This document shows, piece after piece, positions 1 to 13,204 of a stretch of 64,000 bases of DNA (the first letter of the stretch is position 1; every line of letters starts with the position of its first letter). The notes under the pieces are model-generated. The model saw nothing but the letters and a program-made list of their open reading frames with translations. It did not search any database and was not told the origin of the DNA. The translations under genes were made by a program, and so were the position numbers. Source of the DNA: Chiloscyllium plagiosum (taxonomy: Eukaryota); the NCBI RefSeq assembly GCF_004010195.1, contig NC_057719.1, positions 90,487,756 to 90,551,755 on the forward strand, written 5' to 3'.

Positions 1-130
1 CTGATGAAGGGCTTTTGCCCGAAACGTCGATTTTGCCTGTCCTCGGACGCTGCCTGAATTGCTGTGCTCTTCCAGCACCACTGATCCAGAATCTGGTTTC
101 CAGCATCTGCAGTCATTGTTTTTACCTAGG
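1..130 (+). mobile_element. Penelope-like element terminal repeat with minimal hammerhead motif
   Basis: CTGATGA-A-GGGC-TTTT-GCCC-GAAAC-GTC at 1-28, followed by a tail (..ccagcatctgcagtc..) that recurs at other Penelope ends in the window. Confidence 0.8.
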
Positions 131-134
131 TATT

Positions 135-400
135 TCTTAAACTCATTTCTTAAACTCATACCCTCATCAATCATCTCTGTTACCCCATCGAGAAACTCCA
201 CCAAATGAGTGAAACTCAATTTCCCTTTAACAAAGCAATGCTGGCTTCCCTCCTTACAACCACACTCATTCAAGTGGCCGCACTGGATCATTGCATTTCA
301 AAACCTTATCCATCAGTGAGGTTTAACTGAATAGCCTGTAGCTGCCAGACTTCCTTTTAAAACACATTTCTGAACAAGGGTGGAACATTTCCAATTCCAA
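135..400 (-). mobile_element. CR1 LINE ORF2 fragment
   Basis: Reverse complement of the CR1 RT N-terminal region (YRPVSLT.../QHGF.KG.SC.TNL.EF-type, degraded). Confidence 0.6.
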
Positions 401-489
401 TTTACACCCAGCACAGACCCACAAACGGCGATGAGATCAATTACCTGATCATTGTCACCTTATCAATCACTCACTACTGAGTACGATTG

Positions 490-1130
490 TCCACCTTGGA
501 ACTTCTGTGTCACTGGTCATGGGTTCTCTGGGTCCTTGTGTGGCTGATGAGTCTGCTCCGAGGGCTGCATCTCTGACCACATGTTTGGCAGGTGTTTCCA
601 GAAGGTGTCCTTGGCCTTGATATCATTGGTGTTGCTTTCTCTGGTTCCTTTTCTGAATTTCGTCCTGCCCATGGGTATTCTCAAAGAATTGTGTTCCTTC
701 AGGCAGGAGCTTCATCCAAGTCAGTTCCTTTTGAACGTCAGTCTCCCTAGTGTTGATACCTATGTTACATATCTTGAGTTAGCCATCAGGGAGTCTTTCA
801 AATGCTTCCTTTCTCCTCTTCTCAATCGGCTTCCCTCCTTCAACTGAGTGAACATGATTTGCTTTGGCAGTCGGAACTCAGCCATCCTAAACATGTGACC
901 AGCCCCACTGGAATAGGTTTTGGATGAACATGGCCTGGATGCTGATGCTATTGGCTGCTTCAAGGACACTGATGTCAGCACATTTATCTGTCCAGCTAAT
1001 TCGGAAAACCTGTTTCAACCAGCATTGATGGCACTTCTCAAGGTCTTGACATGGCAGCTATGTGTAGTCATAGAGCCATAGTGAAGATTGGGAAGGAATG
1101 ACTGCCTTATTTACCAGATACTCTAATACT
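490..1130 (-). mobile_element. RTE-clade LINE 3' fragment
   Basis: ORF 760..981 contains GHMFRMAEFRLPKQIMFTQLKEGSRLRRGERKHLKDSL, typical of the RTE ORF C-terminus. Confidence 0.7.
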
Positions 1131-1944
1131 GACGATGCTGGTTCAGAAGTGTCATGAAGGTCCACAGCAAAGTAAAAGGCCCTTGGGCTCAATCAATGTT
1201 GGATAGTTTATATAATGGCCACTCATCATGCCAACAGATCTCACCTAACATCTCTTTCAAAAGTAGGTACCTCTGTATGTCCACAAATGTTTTATGTGCT
1301 TAGGTCTCTGCAGTGGAACCCTCAACACACGGCTTTGTAATTCACTAAGGAGAGTGGGAGCCCTGGGCTGTAGCTAATGCTGTTGGATGGAGCACAGTGC
1401 GGCTCTGGGGAGAAGAGGGGATTTGGAAAAGAGCAAACTCAATGCAGAACAACAAATACTTGACGAAACGGCTATTTTACCTCTTCCTTATCATTTGTTC
1501 AAAGAATATTGGGATGTTTCAGTTTGAGCTTTTTGAAACCATCTCGGTGCAAGTTATGTGAAAGTTAAATTTAAATAGACTTGATTGTCAGATTCTTTTG
1601 GGACCAAAATGCACAGCAGACTGCTACTGCTTCAAGTCTGAGACAAGAGATCAAGCTTTAAACACAGCAATGTGTGCCCCAAGGCAATTTTCTTTAGAAT
1701 ACCTGAAATTAAATTGCTCACAATGCTACCTCAATCATTTTAGTTACAATAGAAAAGAAATAATTGGATTGTATGAACAGGAATGGACCATTTAGCCCCT
1801 CAAGCCTGTTCTGTCATGCATTACTGTCCATCATAACTGCTCTTGACCTGATTGTCTCTCAAGATCAATGTCTAAACTGTGCCCCACTGAACTTAGACCC
1901 TACCAACGAGAATTGGAGGTGCCGCTGTTGGACTGGGGTGTACA

Positions 1945-2300
1945 ACCACCTGATGAAGGAGCAGTGCTACAAAAGCTAGTGCTTCCAAATAAACATATTG
2001 GACTATAACCTGGTGTTGTGTATGGACCAGATGGGCCACTGGGCTGAGAAGTGGCAGATGGAGTTTAATTCAGATAAATGCGAGCTGCTGCATTTTGGAG
2101 TTCAGGCAGCATCCGAGGAGCAGGAAAATTGATGTTTCGGGCAAAAGCCCTTCATCAGGAATACAAGTAGAATGTCTGAAGGGTGGAGAGATAAATGAGA
2201 GGATGGTGGGGAGAAAGTAGCATAGAGTACAATAGGTGAGTAGGGGAGGGGATGAAGGTGATAGGTCAGGGAGGAGGGTGGAATGGATTGGTGAAAAAGA
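1945..2300. mobile_element. Two Penelope-like terminal fragments (1945-2025 +, 2102-2300 -) separated by a short CR1 piece
   Basis: Hammerhead-like cores at 1950 (+) and 2131-2158 (-). Confidence 0.7.
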
Positions 2301-2302
2301 AT

Positions 2303-3110
2303 ATTACTGACACCACTCCTACTATGTGTGTGTCCTTGGGTTACTGACACCACTACGACTGTATGTGTCCTTGGACTACTGACCTCACAACCTCTGTGCA
2401 CATGCGCAGTTTGCTAACCTCAATACTGCTCTGTTTATATACTTGGATTATTTACTCTATGGTCACTCTATGGATGTACTCGGATTACTGACCTCAATAT
2501 CAGTTTGTGTGTGTGTGTTACTGACCCCAGTACATTTGTGTATATTTGGACTACTGATGGCAACACCACTGTGTGCGTAATATGATAACTTATCCGACTA
2601 CCAATGTATGTTACTCATATTACTGACCCCACCACCACTCTTTTTATAATCGGATTACTGATACCACTATGACTGCGTGCATGTACTCGTATTGTTGACC
2701 GCAATACTATAATGTGTGTGACGTTGGATTACTGCACGATCTACCACTGTGTGTGTGTGTACTCGGATTACTGACCCAACTACCACCATGTGGGTGTGCT
2801 CAGATTGCTCTCCATATTACCACTAAGTATGTAAATGGACTACAGACTCCCCCCAATCCACCGACCCACACACACACCCACACCCACACCCAATCTGTTT
2901 GTGTACTCGGATGTCTGACACCACTACAACCATGTGTGTGTGTGTGTTCTCAGATTACTGACACCACTTACATGTGTGTGTGCGTGTGTACTCGTGCTCA
3001 GATTACTGAGATTACTGACCCCACTGCCACTGTGTGTGCATGTACTCAGATTACTGACCCCACTGCCAGTGTGTTTGCATACTCAGATTACTGAGACCAC
3101 TATCACTGTC
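2303..3110. repeat. Degenerate minisatellite, unit about 30-40 bp (ggattactgac(a/c)ccactac..tgtgtgt..actc)
   Basis: Recurrent attactga(c) anchor through the interval. Confidence 0.85.
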
Positions 3111-3372
3111 TGTGAATGTTTGTATGCATGTGTGTGTGAGTGCATGTGTGTATGTATATATGTGCGTGTTTGTGTGCATGTGTGTGCATGTTATGTGTGT
3201 GCTTGTCTGTGTGCATGTAATGTGCGAGTGTGTGCATGTGCGAGTGTGTGTGTACTTGTGTGTGTACGTGGGAGAGTGTGTGTGTGTGTGCGAGTGTGTG
3301 TCTGTGTGTTGTGTATCTGTGTATGTATATTTGTCCGTGTGTGTGTGTGAATGTGTGTGTCTGTGTGTCTGT
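3111..3372. repeat. Degenerate (TG)n / (RY)n microsatellite
   Basis: Directly visible in the sequence. Confidence 0.9.
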
Positions 3373-3629
3373 TATGCAGCTGTTGACACTTTACTCACAC
3401 CATCTGACACTCTTGATCACCTGCAGAAACCTATTATTCAGCCAAATAACAGTGAAGGGATGACTTACAATCTGATTAATTGTAGGTGTCAGAGTCACAT
3501 GCTGAGGGTCTAACCAAAGTAACAAGCAATCCAGAACTGTAGAAACTAAGGTAAGATCATAAGTTTTCAAGGTAATGGTATCAAAACAGGACAGGAAGGA
3601 AGATTCTACAGAACAGTATGGTGGGATCA

Positions 3630-4010
3630 TATCTAGCACGAGATGGACCAAAGATCACAGTTGAGACCGTCTTCATGGGTATGGAACTTGGCTATCAGTT
3701 TCTGTTTGGCGATTCCATGTTGTTGTGTATCTCGAAGGACACCTTGGAGGATGCTTACCCGAAAATCAGAGGCTGAATGTCCTTGACCACTGGAGTGATC
3801 CCTAACTGGGAGGGAATAATTCTATCTGGTGATTGTTGCACGGTCAACTCCACTCACAACATTTGTACAATATTTTGGTGTGTCTGATTATAAAATAAAA
3901 TCTGTGCCTGGGTGCTCTTTTCACGTCTCCTGATGAAGGGGCAGCACTCCGAAAGCTTGTGAGTTCAAATAAATCTGTTGGACTATAACCTGGTGTCGTG
4001 TGACTACATA
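3630..4010. mobile_element. Penelope-like relic: GIY-YIG C-terminus (-) plus inverted terminal repeat with hammerhead (+)
   Basis: Minus strand reads like HFSGQGHSASD..VSILQG...EQKLIAKF.THEDGLN. CTGATGA...GAAAGCTT at 3930-3958. Confidence 0.7.
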
Positions 4011-4934
4011 ACACCATAGCACTTCAGGATCTGGAACCTGAACCCTTCTATAATGCCACAAGACATAGGAGCAGAAGTAGGCCATTCAGCCCATCAAGTC
4101 TGCTATACCATTCAATGCGATCATGTCTGATCTGATAATCCTCACTCCCGTTTCCTGCCTTTTCCCCATAAACCTTAGGATGCATTATTACTCAGGCTGA
4201 TACACAAATGCAGAAGTTGTGTTTATGCCCAAGATCACTCATTGTGTGGGAGCTAGTAAGAAAACAAGAGGAATATAATAAAGAACTAGCATTTCTTACA
4301 AAGCAGTAATCTAATCAAAGGGTTCAAATGATACAAGAGACTGGAAGAATATTGTCCAGCTGTCTTCAGGATACTGAGATTAAATTAGTGCCTTATAATC
4401 CATCCCAGTTATTAATTGTTTCTTTAAGAAAAGATGTCATGAATAATTTTAAGAATATACATCATTAATACTAAGGGTTCTGGGCCAGTATTGCTGTTTA
4501 ATGTCTGTGAACTTCAAACACTGGTGAATGGGAGTATTTCCGGAAGTCTAATCAGTATATAATGCCTTGTTCGGCCATTCTGCAGCCAGTATTATCTGTG
4601 TTGTGTGTTTTTTTTATGTCTTTAGGGTGTACCTGGATGTGCACAGTGGCCCAATGTGAGTGAGGCAGAATTGTTCAGTTTGTCCTTGCTGGAAATGAGC
4701 AGTCAACTAGCCCCACCTAGTGTCAGCTGTCTAGATGTGAAGACCACTGAGTTTGCAGCCTGCATTCTGAATAGTCACGACAGCAACAGCTTCCATTTTT
4801 ACACCGTCATTAACATAGTAGAACACAGGCGAATGGTCAGGCAACATTCGTCACTGAGCCAACATTGAGCAAAACACTTATTCAAAGAGACAGATTTTAA
4901 GCAGCATCTTAAAGGGGGAGAAAACAGGCAAAAG

Positions 4935-5145
4935 AACTGTGGATGCTGGAAATCAAAGTCAAAAACAAATTGCTGGGAAAACTCAGCAGGTCTGTGGAGA
5001 TAAAACCGAGTTAACAATGTTTAGAACCTTAAGTTCTTCAGAACTGAAGAGGGATCACTGGACCCAAAATGTTAGCTCTGCTTTCTCTCTCCACTGATAT
5101 TACCAGACCTGATGGGTTTCTCCAATGATTCTGTATTTGTATCTG
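4935..5145. mobile_element. Head-to-head inverted Penelope-like termini
   Basis: Inverted arms centred on ttcttcag-aa-ctgaaga (5034-5050). Confidence 0.6.
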
Positions 5146-6754
5146 AAAAGGGAAGGTGGGATGGGGAGGTCTACAAACAGCTGACACAATATCACAGATG
5201 CTGCTGCTCGGTCTCTTGTTTGTGTCCTGTCTCTGCAAAAGCAGCTTAGCTAGAACTGTACCTTCACCTGTTGCTTTGCAAGCTCTTTATTCATCAGATA
5301 ATGATCCAATTTTGATCACTATGGTTGAATCTATCTTCACCAAACTCTCGAACAGTGCAGATCCTGACCACTTGCTCTTCAGCTCACCTTTGTTTTGCTT
5401 GCTTTCTTCGGTTGCCCTTAAATCAGTTTTCATTGACCCTGTATCCTTCGCCAATGGGAGCAGTTTCTCTCTACCTACTCTGCCTAACCCCTCACAATGT
5501 TGAATACCTCTGTTATTTAAGGCAACTGGCCTGAAAGAGTTAATGCAAAACCTTTGGGATAACTATGCCCATTGAGACATGAAATAACTGTTTTTGAGAG
5601 GAGCGAGTCAATAGTTGCTAGTCAGTTCTACAGCCCTCGGCATATACCTAGCTCATATATTTTAGGAAATAGTAATGTCTCTGAACTGGTTTTTAATAAA
5701 GTTAACTAGTCTAAAGCTAATATAACCTATTATCTTCCTATCACATAATAAACTACTTCTTGTTGGCAACAAATTTATTGAAGGAGGATCATTGAGAAAG
5801 CACGTGCTCGCTCGTGGTGGCAGCTTTAGAAATTGAAGAAAACGGCTGCGGTGTTAAGAACTCACAGCAATCTGATGAGATAAAATCTGACACAAAAATG
5901 CAAGTTACCTTGTTAGCAGTTACCCAGTTAGCAGCTTTTGCACAGCAAGCAGAGAAAATAGTCAGTTAATTAATTCAACCTGGAAAAGATCTGAAAGCAC
6001 ACAGTGGCCTTTCACCAATGCTGTAAATCAGCCAGAATTGGGGAGAAATCCCTCACAGCCTAAAGAGGACTTTAAGGACTAAAGAGATAGTGTCTTTGAG
6101 TCACAGTCTAGAAATAAATTGTTGGTATCAGGCTCCAAAGGTAAGGTTAAGCTCCTGAAGAAAAATGGAAAAAACACTTACTGTGCGATACTGTTCTGGG
6201 CTGGGAAGTTGAGAAATGGCAGAATTCATCAAAATAAATTATAATGTAGTATTAATGCCAAACTTTATCATTACTGCTGAACAAATCTTCAAAATAAGCC
6301 TTTATTTAAAGTTTCTTCAAACTGATAACAATGTTCGTGGGACTAGGACCTCTCAAGTGGAAAGCAGAAGATTTAAGTTAAATGATAAGTTTAAGACAAA
6401 AATATTTCTTAATTGCACAACTGCAAATTGTATACAGCTTCAACAAAGGGCAAGACACCATTTTCTTGGGCAAAACAGATGAGAAACAATTTAGGAAGAA
6501 AGTAACTCGAAATTCTCCATCTTACCCAAAAAGCTGTTAAACAAGAGGGGCGAAAAGGCACAAAACTACCATCTTAAATTTTGGAATTGGGCAAATAAAG
6601 TTTCATACAGAAAAAGATTTAGGAAAATCAAACACTTCAAGATTAAAGTATCATTGGAGAAATAGCTTGACAGGACAGAGAAACAACTTAAGACAAGAGG
6701 GAAAGATCTTTGAAGAAGAATTGAAGAAGGAAGCTTTAAAACAAAGCACCAAAT

Positions 6755-7046
6755 GGGATGGCACAGTGGCTAGCATTGCTGCCTCACATTGCCAGGGACC
6801 TGGGTTTGATTCCAGCCACAGGCAAGTGTCTGTGTGGAGTTTACACGTTCTTTGTGTGGGTGTGCTCCAGTTTCCTCCCACAGTCCAAAGATGTGCAGGT
6901 TAGGTGAATTGGCCACCCTAAGTTGCCCATGGCCTAGATTATTAGGCAGGGTAAATATAGAGGGAATGAGTCTGGGAGGGCTACTCTTCAGAGGGTTGGT
7001 GTGGACTTGTTGGGCCAAAGGGCCTGTTTCCACACTGTAGGGATTC
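6755..7046 (+). mobile_element. HE1-type V-SINE
   Basis: tRNA-like head, V-domain (tgtgtggagttt.cac.ttct...tttcctcccacagtccaaagatgtgcaggttagg), CR1-like tail. Confidence 0.9.
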
Positions 7047-7667
7047 GAATTACAATCAAGTCCAATTTAAAGTTTTACTGGAAAACCTTATCATGCCTTA
7101 TCAATAATTAAAATTTAATTTCAATTCTAAAACATTTAGCAAAGCTGGAATAAACACAGAAAATGGCATCCTCTGTGGGAGTGAAACAGAGTCTGGTTCG
7201 AGTCTGGTATGACTCTTCAGAAGATTATGCAGATTTTACGGATGTCCCATGGTAAAATTGGGAAAGACTTGGCAGATGGAGTACAATGTTGGTAATGTGA
7301 CAGGCCATCCTTGCAGGATGCTATCTCATTGGAGAGGGACTGCAGAACACCACATGATTAAGGGATCTACTATCCTTGTATATGAGCCTCAAAAATATTA
7401 TCCCACAGCTAACAGAATGTGTTTACGAAGGCAAATGAAATGTCGGTCTTTACTGAACAGAGACTCGAGTACAAAAGTACGTGTTTCAGCTGCAGAGTAT
7501 ATTTGTGAGACTGCATCTAGAGTACTGAAGTCAGGTTTAAATTCCTCTCTCAGAGAAGGATTGGGAGTTCAGAAATGTTCACAAAGCTGATCCCTGGGGT
7601 GAAAGGGTGACGAAAGGTCAAACACGTTAGCCCTCTGCTTAACAGAGCTTTAAAGAAACGTGCTCTT

Positions 7668-10600
7668 TTTTTAATAGATATTTTTATTAGAAATTTAACA
7701 TTTTTACAAATTACAAAAATAAACAAGACTCTCAATTACAAACAGTGATATACAATTAAATCTAAAATAAATAATAACCAAAATTTAACAAAAGAAAACT
7801 ACCGAGAAAGAAAATAAAACAAAACTCAACTAACTACTAATCTAACCTACAACTAACCAGAGTGTATAATTAAGTCTCTTACATTATTCAAATAAGAGAA
7901 AGAAAAAAAAACCCAATGGATAACATAGAAATTGGGTAGTGAGATACATGCTCNNNNNNNNNNNNNNNNNNNNNNNNNNNNNNNNNNNNNNNNNNNNNNN
8001 NNNNNNNNNNNNNNNNNNNNNNNNNNNNNNNNNNNNNNNNNNNNNNNNNNNNNNNNNNNNNNNNNNNNNNNNNNNNNNNNNNNNNNNNNNNNNNNNNNNN
8101 NNNNNNNNNNNNNNNNNNNNNNNNNNNNNNNNNNNNNNNNNNNNNNNNNNNNNNNNNNNNNNNNNNNNNNNNNNNNNNNNNNNNNNNNNNNNNNNNNNNN
8201 NNNNNNNNNNNNNNNNNNNNNNNNNNNNNNNNNNNNNNNNNNNNNNNNNNNNNNNNNNNNNNNNNNNNNNNNNNNNNNNNNNNNNNNNNNNNNNNNNNNN
8301 NNNNNNNNNNNNNNNNNNNNNNNNNNNNNNNNNNNNNNNNNNNNNNNNNNNNNNNNNNNNNNNNNNNNNNNNNNNNNNNNNNNNNNNNNNNNNNNNNNNN
8401 NNNNNNNNNNNNNNNNNNNNNNNNNNNNNNNNNNNNNNNNNNNNNNNNNNNNNNNNNNNNNNNNNNNNNNNNNNNNNNNNNNNNNNNNNNNNNNNNNNNN
8501 NNNNNNNNNNNNNNNNNNNNNNNNNNNNNNNNNNNNNNNNNNNNNNNNNNNNNNNNNNNNNNNNNNNNNNNNNNNNNNNNNNNNNNNNNNNNNNNNNNNN
8601 NNNNNNNNNNNNNNNNNNNNNNNNNNNNNNNNNNNNNNNNNNNNNNNNNNNNNNNNNNNNNNNNNNNNNNNNNNNNNNNNNNNNNNNNNNNNNNNNNNNN
8701 NNNNNNNNNNNNNNNNNNNNNNNNNNNNNNNNNNNNNNNNNNNNNNNNNNNNNTTAATTGTGTTTAGTATTATAGGGTTTTTACAGTGATCTGTAATGAT
8801 TTTCCTCTTGTCTGAAATTAAAAGGTTAATAAGTGGGCATTTTACTTGAGAAGCTTCGATGTCCAGCCAGATTGATTGCGGATCAGACAAGACCCAATCA
8901 GCTATGTAACTTAATAGGGAACTTAACTGATATTTCCTAAAATCTGGGAAATCCAATCCTCCCCTTGCCTGTGGAAGCTGTAGCTTCTTCAGCTTAAAGA
9001 GGAGCTGTCTATGATTCCAGATAAAGGAACCCAACCAGCCATATAATTTACATAGTAGTGCCAGCCTCGGCAGCATCACCGGAAGCATTCTCATAGGATA
9101 TAGGAGACGGGGCAGGTCATTCATTTTAATTAGTGCTATTCTACCTAGCCAGGAAATTGGAAGGTCTCCCCATCGCTGGAGGTCCTGCCTTATCCTTTCC
9201 AGTAAATGCACAAAGTTAGCCTTGTATAACTGACCAAATACAAGGCTAACTGACCAAATACTGGGGTAATAAAAATGCCTAAATATAAGAAACCCTCCAG
9301 AATAAAATTTTCTAAAGATTGCGTTAATCCTTTTATGATCGTGAGTCAGAATACCCGTACTTTCCTTGATAGACGTGATAGTTTGAGGGGCCTTCTTTTT
9401 CTTTGCAAGAAATGCTAAGCATCTACCCGGTTTATCGCTAAATTCATATAACCTTTGTTTTGCATATAATATTTCCCTCTTAGCCGTTTGGGTAAGCGTG
9501 GTGTTTAGAGCTGTCCTAAGGGCCATAATCCTTTGCAATTTGATAATAGAAGGTCTGTCAGTGTATGCTGTTTCAGCCGCTTTTAAACGAGCTTCGAGCA
9601 GATGCTGTTGTTCTCCCTTTAATTTTTTCTGGGTCACTCAGTATGAGATGATCAAGCCTCGCGCGTAAGCTTTGATGGTCTCCCACATCATTGATGGGTT
9701 GCTAGCCGTACCTGAATTAATTTCTAAAAAAGTTTTAAATTCTTGAGAGAAGTAATTTACAAATTTACTATCTTTCATCAGGAAGGGGTCCATACGCCAA
9801 TGCTGAGGGGATGTCTCATTGTTCCTCGCCTTGATTTCCATATATGCAGCAGCGTGATCAGAAATTGCTATATTACAGGATATTATGGAAATTAAAAAAT
9901 ATCGAGGGGGCAAAAAACATTTCAATTCTGGTATGACATTTATGTGGATTGGAGTAAAAAGAAAAATCTCTGCCCTGTGGATGGAGACATCTCCATACAT
10001 CTACTAATCCTAATTCTTTGTTCAGATCCATCAATTGTCTAGATCTGGGAGATTCTCCTGCAGTACTCTTGGGAATCCTATCTATTTCCAGATCCATAAT
10101 ACAATTAAAGTCTCCCCCTATAATTATATGACGGGCAACAAAAGCCATCAATTTTGAGAAGGCTTCTGTTATAAATTTAAAGGGGTGTGCCGGGGGGCAG
10201 TACAAATTTAAAATCCCATATTCCTCTCCATTTATGAGAGCTTTAATCAAGATATATCGTCCAGATTCGTCTTTTATCTGCTTTAGGATTTTGAAAGGGA
10301 AACTCTTNNNNNNNNNNNNNNNNNNNNNNNNNNNNNNNNNNNNNNNNNNNNNNNNNNNNNNNNNNNNNNNNNNNNNNNNNNNNNNNNNNNNNNNNNNNNN
10401 NNNNNNNNNNNNNNNNNNNNNNNNNNNNNNNNNNNNNNNNNNNNNNNNNNNNNNNNNNNNNNNNNNNNNNNNNNNNNNNNNNNNNNNNNNNNNNNNNNNN
10501 NNNNNNNNNNNNNNNNNNNNNNNNNNNNNNNNNNNNNNNNNNNNNNNNNNNNNNNNNNNNNNNNNNNNNNNNNNNNNNNNNNNNNNNNNNNNNNNNNNNN

Positions 10601-11873
10601 NNNNNNNNNNNNNNNNNNNNNNNNNNNNNNNNNNNNNNNNNNNNNNNNNNNNNNNNNNNNNNNNNNNNNNNNNNNNNNNNNNNNNNNNNNNNNNNNNNNN
10701 NNNNATAATAAAAAAAATCCCGGGGGGGAGAAAATCGTTAAGTAGAGAACAAATAAATAAATCCCTCTCCCCACCCCCCAAGATAATATTAATCAGTAAA
10801 AGAAAAGGGGGGGGTGTAAATCGGAGTGGGGGGAAGGCAAACCAACATCCATTATCTCTTACAATTTATCTAAGAGAGTCCAAAAATTCCTTAGCCTTTT
10901 CCGGCGATCCGAAGTTATATACGGATCCTTCATGGTTAAAGCGTAGCGTCGCTGGGTAGCGTAAGGAGTACTGAATATTTAAGTCCCTTAAACACTTCTT
11001 CGCCTCAACGAATGCCTTCCTCTATCGGACCAGAGCCGGGGAAAAGTCCTGGAATAACATGATCTTGGATCCTTTATAGATCATGGCTCGGGAATCTTTT
11101 CCAAGATTTCTAGAGGCTTCTAGGAGTATCTGCCTCTCCTGCAGCCGGAACAGGGCCGGGCGTGGGCTCTGGTTCGAGCCGGGCCCGTGTATTGCGACCC
11201 GGTAGGCCCATTCCACCTTTACCTGGCCTGATCCAGCCTCTAGATTTAATAGCTGTGGCAGCCACTGCTCGAGGAACGCTGTAAGCTGGGCTTCCTCTTC
11301 CCGTTCGGGAAGGCCCAGCAAACGAATATTTTTTCGCCGACCTCGAATATCGAGGTCGTCAATGTAATTCTCTAAGGTCCGGACTCGCTGCTCGAGAGTC
11401 CGGACCTGATCCACGGCCGATTGTGCTGTAGCTTCGGAGGTCGCGGCCTTTAGCTCCGCCACTCTGACTCGGTGCTCGATTTCCTTAATGTCTCGGTCGT
11501 GCTTTTGCAGCGCGGCTGAGAGTGAGTCCCATTGGCTTCAGGACTCTTCAAAAAAGCGTCGATCTTCGCATCAAGTTTGGAGATGATTTCCACGAGGCTC
11601 GCCACTGTAGGCAAGTCTCCCGGGGCGGCTGCAGACGCCTCTGCTGCAGCTGGGGAGGGGTTCCTGCTTCTGAGAGCTGCGGACTCCCTTCCCTTTAGTC
11701 ATTTTTACTGAAGATTAGATTGTTTAAATTTAACACGAAGCAACTAATTAAATTAACCAGCTATTTTAAATGGTTTGGTGAGTGTGGTGGGGGTGGGTGA
11801 CCCACTTTGCCCAAGTCTTGGGAGGAGCACTCTCGACTCAGACTTGCTGGGTTGCCGCCATCTTGGATCCCCC
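7668..11873 (-). mobile_element. L1-clade LINE, 5'-complete, internally deleted, degenerate
   Basis: TSD agaaacgtgctctt at 7654-7667 and 11874-11887. 5' end GGGGGATCCAAGATGGCGGC. ORF1 (RGRRKNIRLLGLPE), endonuclease (GGDFN, SDH) and post-RT region (GRIALIKMN.LPRLLY) present. A-rich tail. Confidence 0.92.
10865..11702 (-). pseudogene. L1 ORF1p (coiled-coil/RRM), disrupted
   Basis: ATG at 11700-11702 (MTKGKG...), ORF 11022..11462, with frameshifts and stops. Confidence 0.75.
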
Positions 11874-13204
11874 AGAAACGTGCTCTTATTGAGACATACA
11901 AATTTCTGAGGGGGCTTGATGGGTTAGATGCTGAGAAGATGTTTCCCCTCATGGCGGAGTTCAGAACTTGAGGACATTGGTTTAGAAACGGGCTCTCCTA
12001 ATTAAGGAGATGACGAAGAATTCTATCCCAGTCAGAGGGAAATTAGTGTTTGGAATCCTCTTTCCCAGACAACAGTGAAGGCTGTTCGCTTAATATACTC
12101 CAGGCCAAGTTCAACAGATTTTTATTACACAAAGGAGTCCAGGGTTACATGGGCAGAGAGGAAACTGAAAGTCAACCACTATCAGATCAGCCATGACCAT
12201 ACTGAATGACAGAACAAGCTGGAAAGGCTGGGTGGCCTACTCCTGCTCCTATTTCTTTTGTTATAGCTGAATCATTTCTGCAGTCAGCCAAGATTAACTA
12301 AATATCAGCCATGATCAAGAAGACTCAATGGACCAAGTGGCCTAATTCTGCCCTTATATCTTAAGAACTTATGAAGTCACCTCCTTCTGTTCTGTGGTAA
12401 TTTTCCTTACGAAGCCCAATACCCCAAGTATTTGTCACCTTTATCTCACTCTGTCCTGCCATCCTCAATGATCTGTGAATGTTTCGCCAACGTGTCCCTG
12501 TTCCTGCAGCCCCCTCTGAGTGGCACCCTTATTTTCTGTTAGCTCTCCATGTTCTTTCTACTTAATCTGCTTAAATTTCTCCACATTGAGTTTCACGTCA
12601 TGTAGATTTCATGTTGGCGGATGGTGAGTGGGAAAGTCCTTTTTGATTTGTACAAATCTAATTTTGTTTGCAGTTTGCACTTGCCATTTAGCCGAAATGT
12701 ATAATTTTAATTCTGTTACTCCCAGCCTGAAGCAGGGCTTCCAATGGAAGAGCAGCTGGGTTTAGTTAAACCCAGCAGCTCACATTGGTTCCTCATTCAG
12801 TTGGTCAGAAAGATTTTTGTGTTAGACCATATAAATTCAGGCAAACAGAGTTTTTATTTTTGTGCAGTGGTAGTGCTCCTATCTCTGGGCTAGAAGTTGC
12901 AGGTTCAAGAGTTGTATCATAACATGCCTGGACTGGTTGATTCTAAAGTATCTATAAAGTTAGCCAACTTAGTGCGACTTACAATTTAGTACTGGCAGGG
13001 AAAGAGGTGTTCTGTTGTTCTTCCTAGACATTTTCAGACTCCAAGAATTGATTCTTATTCTGCTAAAGGAGAAACTAAGATGTTGTACCTGGGTACCTTT
13101 GTACCTAAATGGCATCAGGAATAGCGTCATTGTACTCTTTTCACTGTACTCCAGTATCCCTGCACTTGAGTACACGTGACAATAAAATCTAAATTCTAAT
13201 TCTG

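Larger units (their letters stand above)
7240..12260 (+). mobile_element. CR1 3' fragment (7240-7667 and 11874-12260) split by the L1 insertion
   Basis: WQMEYNV motif. The CR1 3' sequence continues across the L1 TSD. Confidence 0.7.

Noticed and set aside
2303..3110. CRISPR-like repeat/spacer array
   Set aside because: Vertebrate context, degenerate repeats, mutually similar spacers and no cas genes.
2714..3513. Cys/Val-rich ORFs
   Set aside because: Translations of TG microsatellite and minisatellite sequence.
5156..5503. 115-aa ORF with a signal-peptide-like stretch
   Set aside because: GTG start, no recognisable domain and no supported exon partners.
7853..10959. Long ORFs (594, 302, 285 aa)
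   Set aside because: Inflated by N gaps. The real parts are disrupted L1 ORF2.
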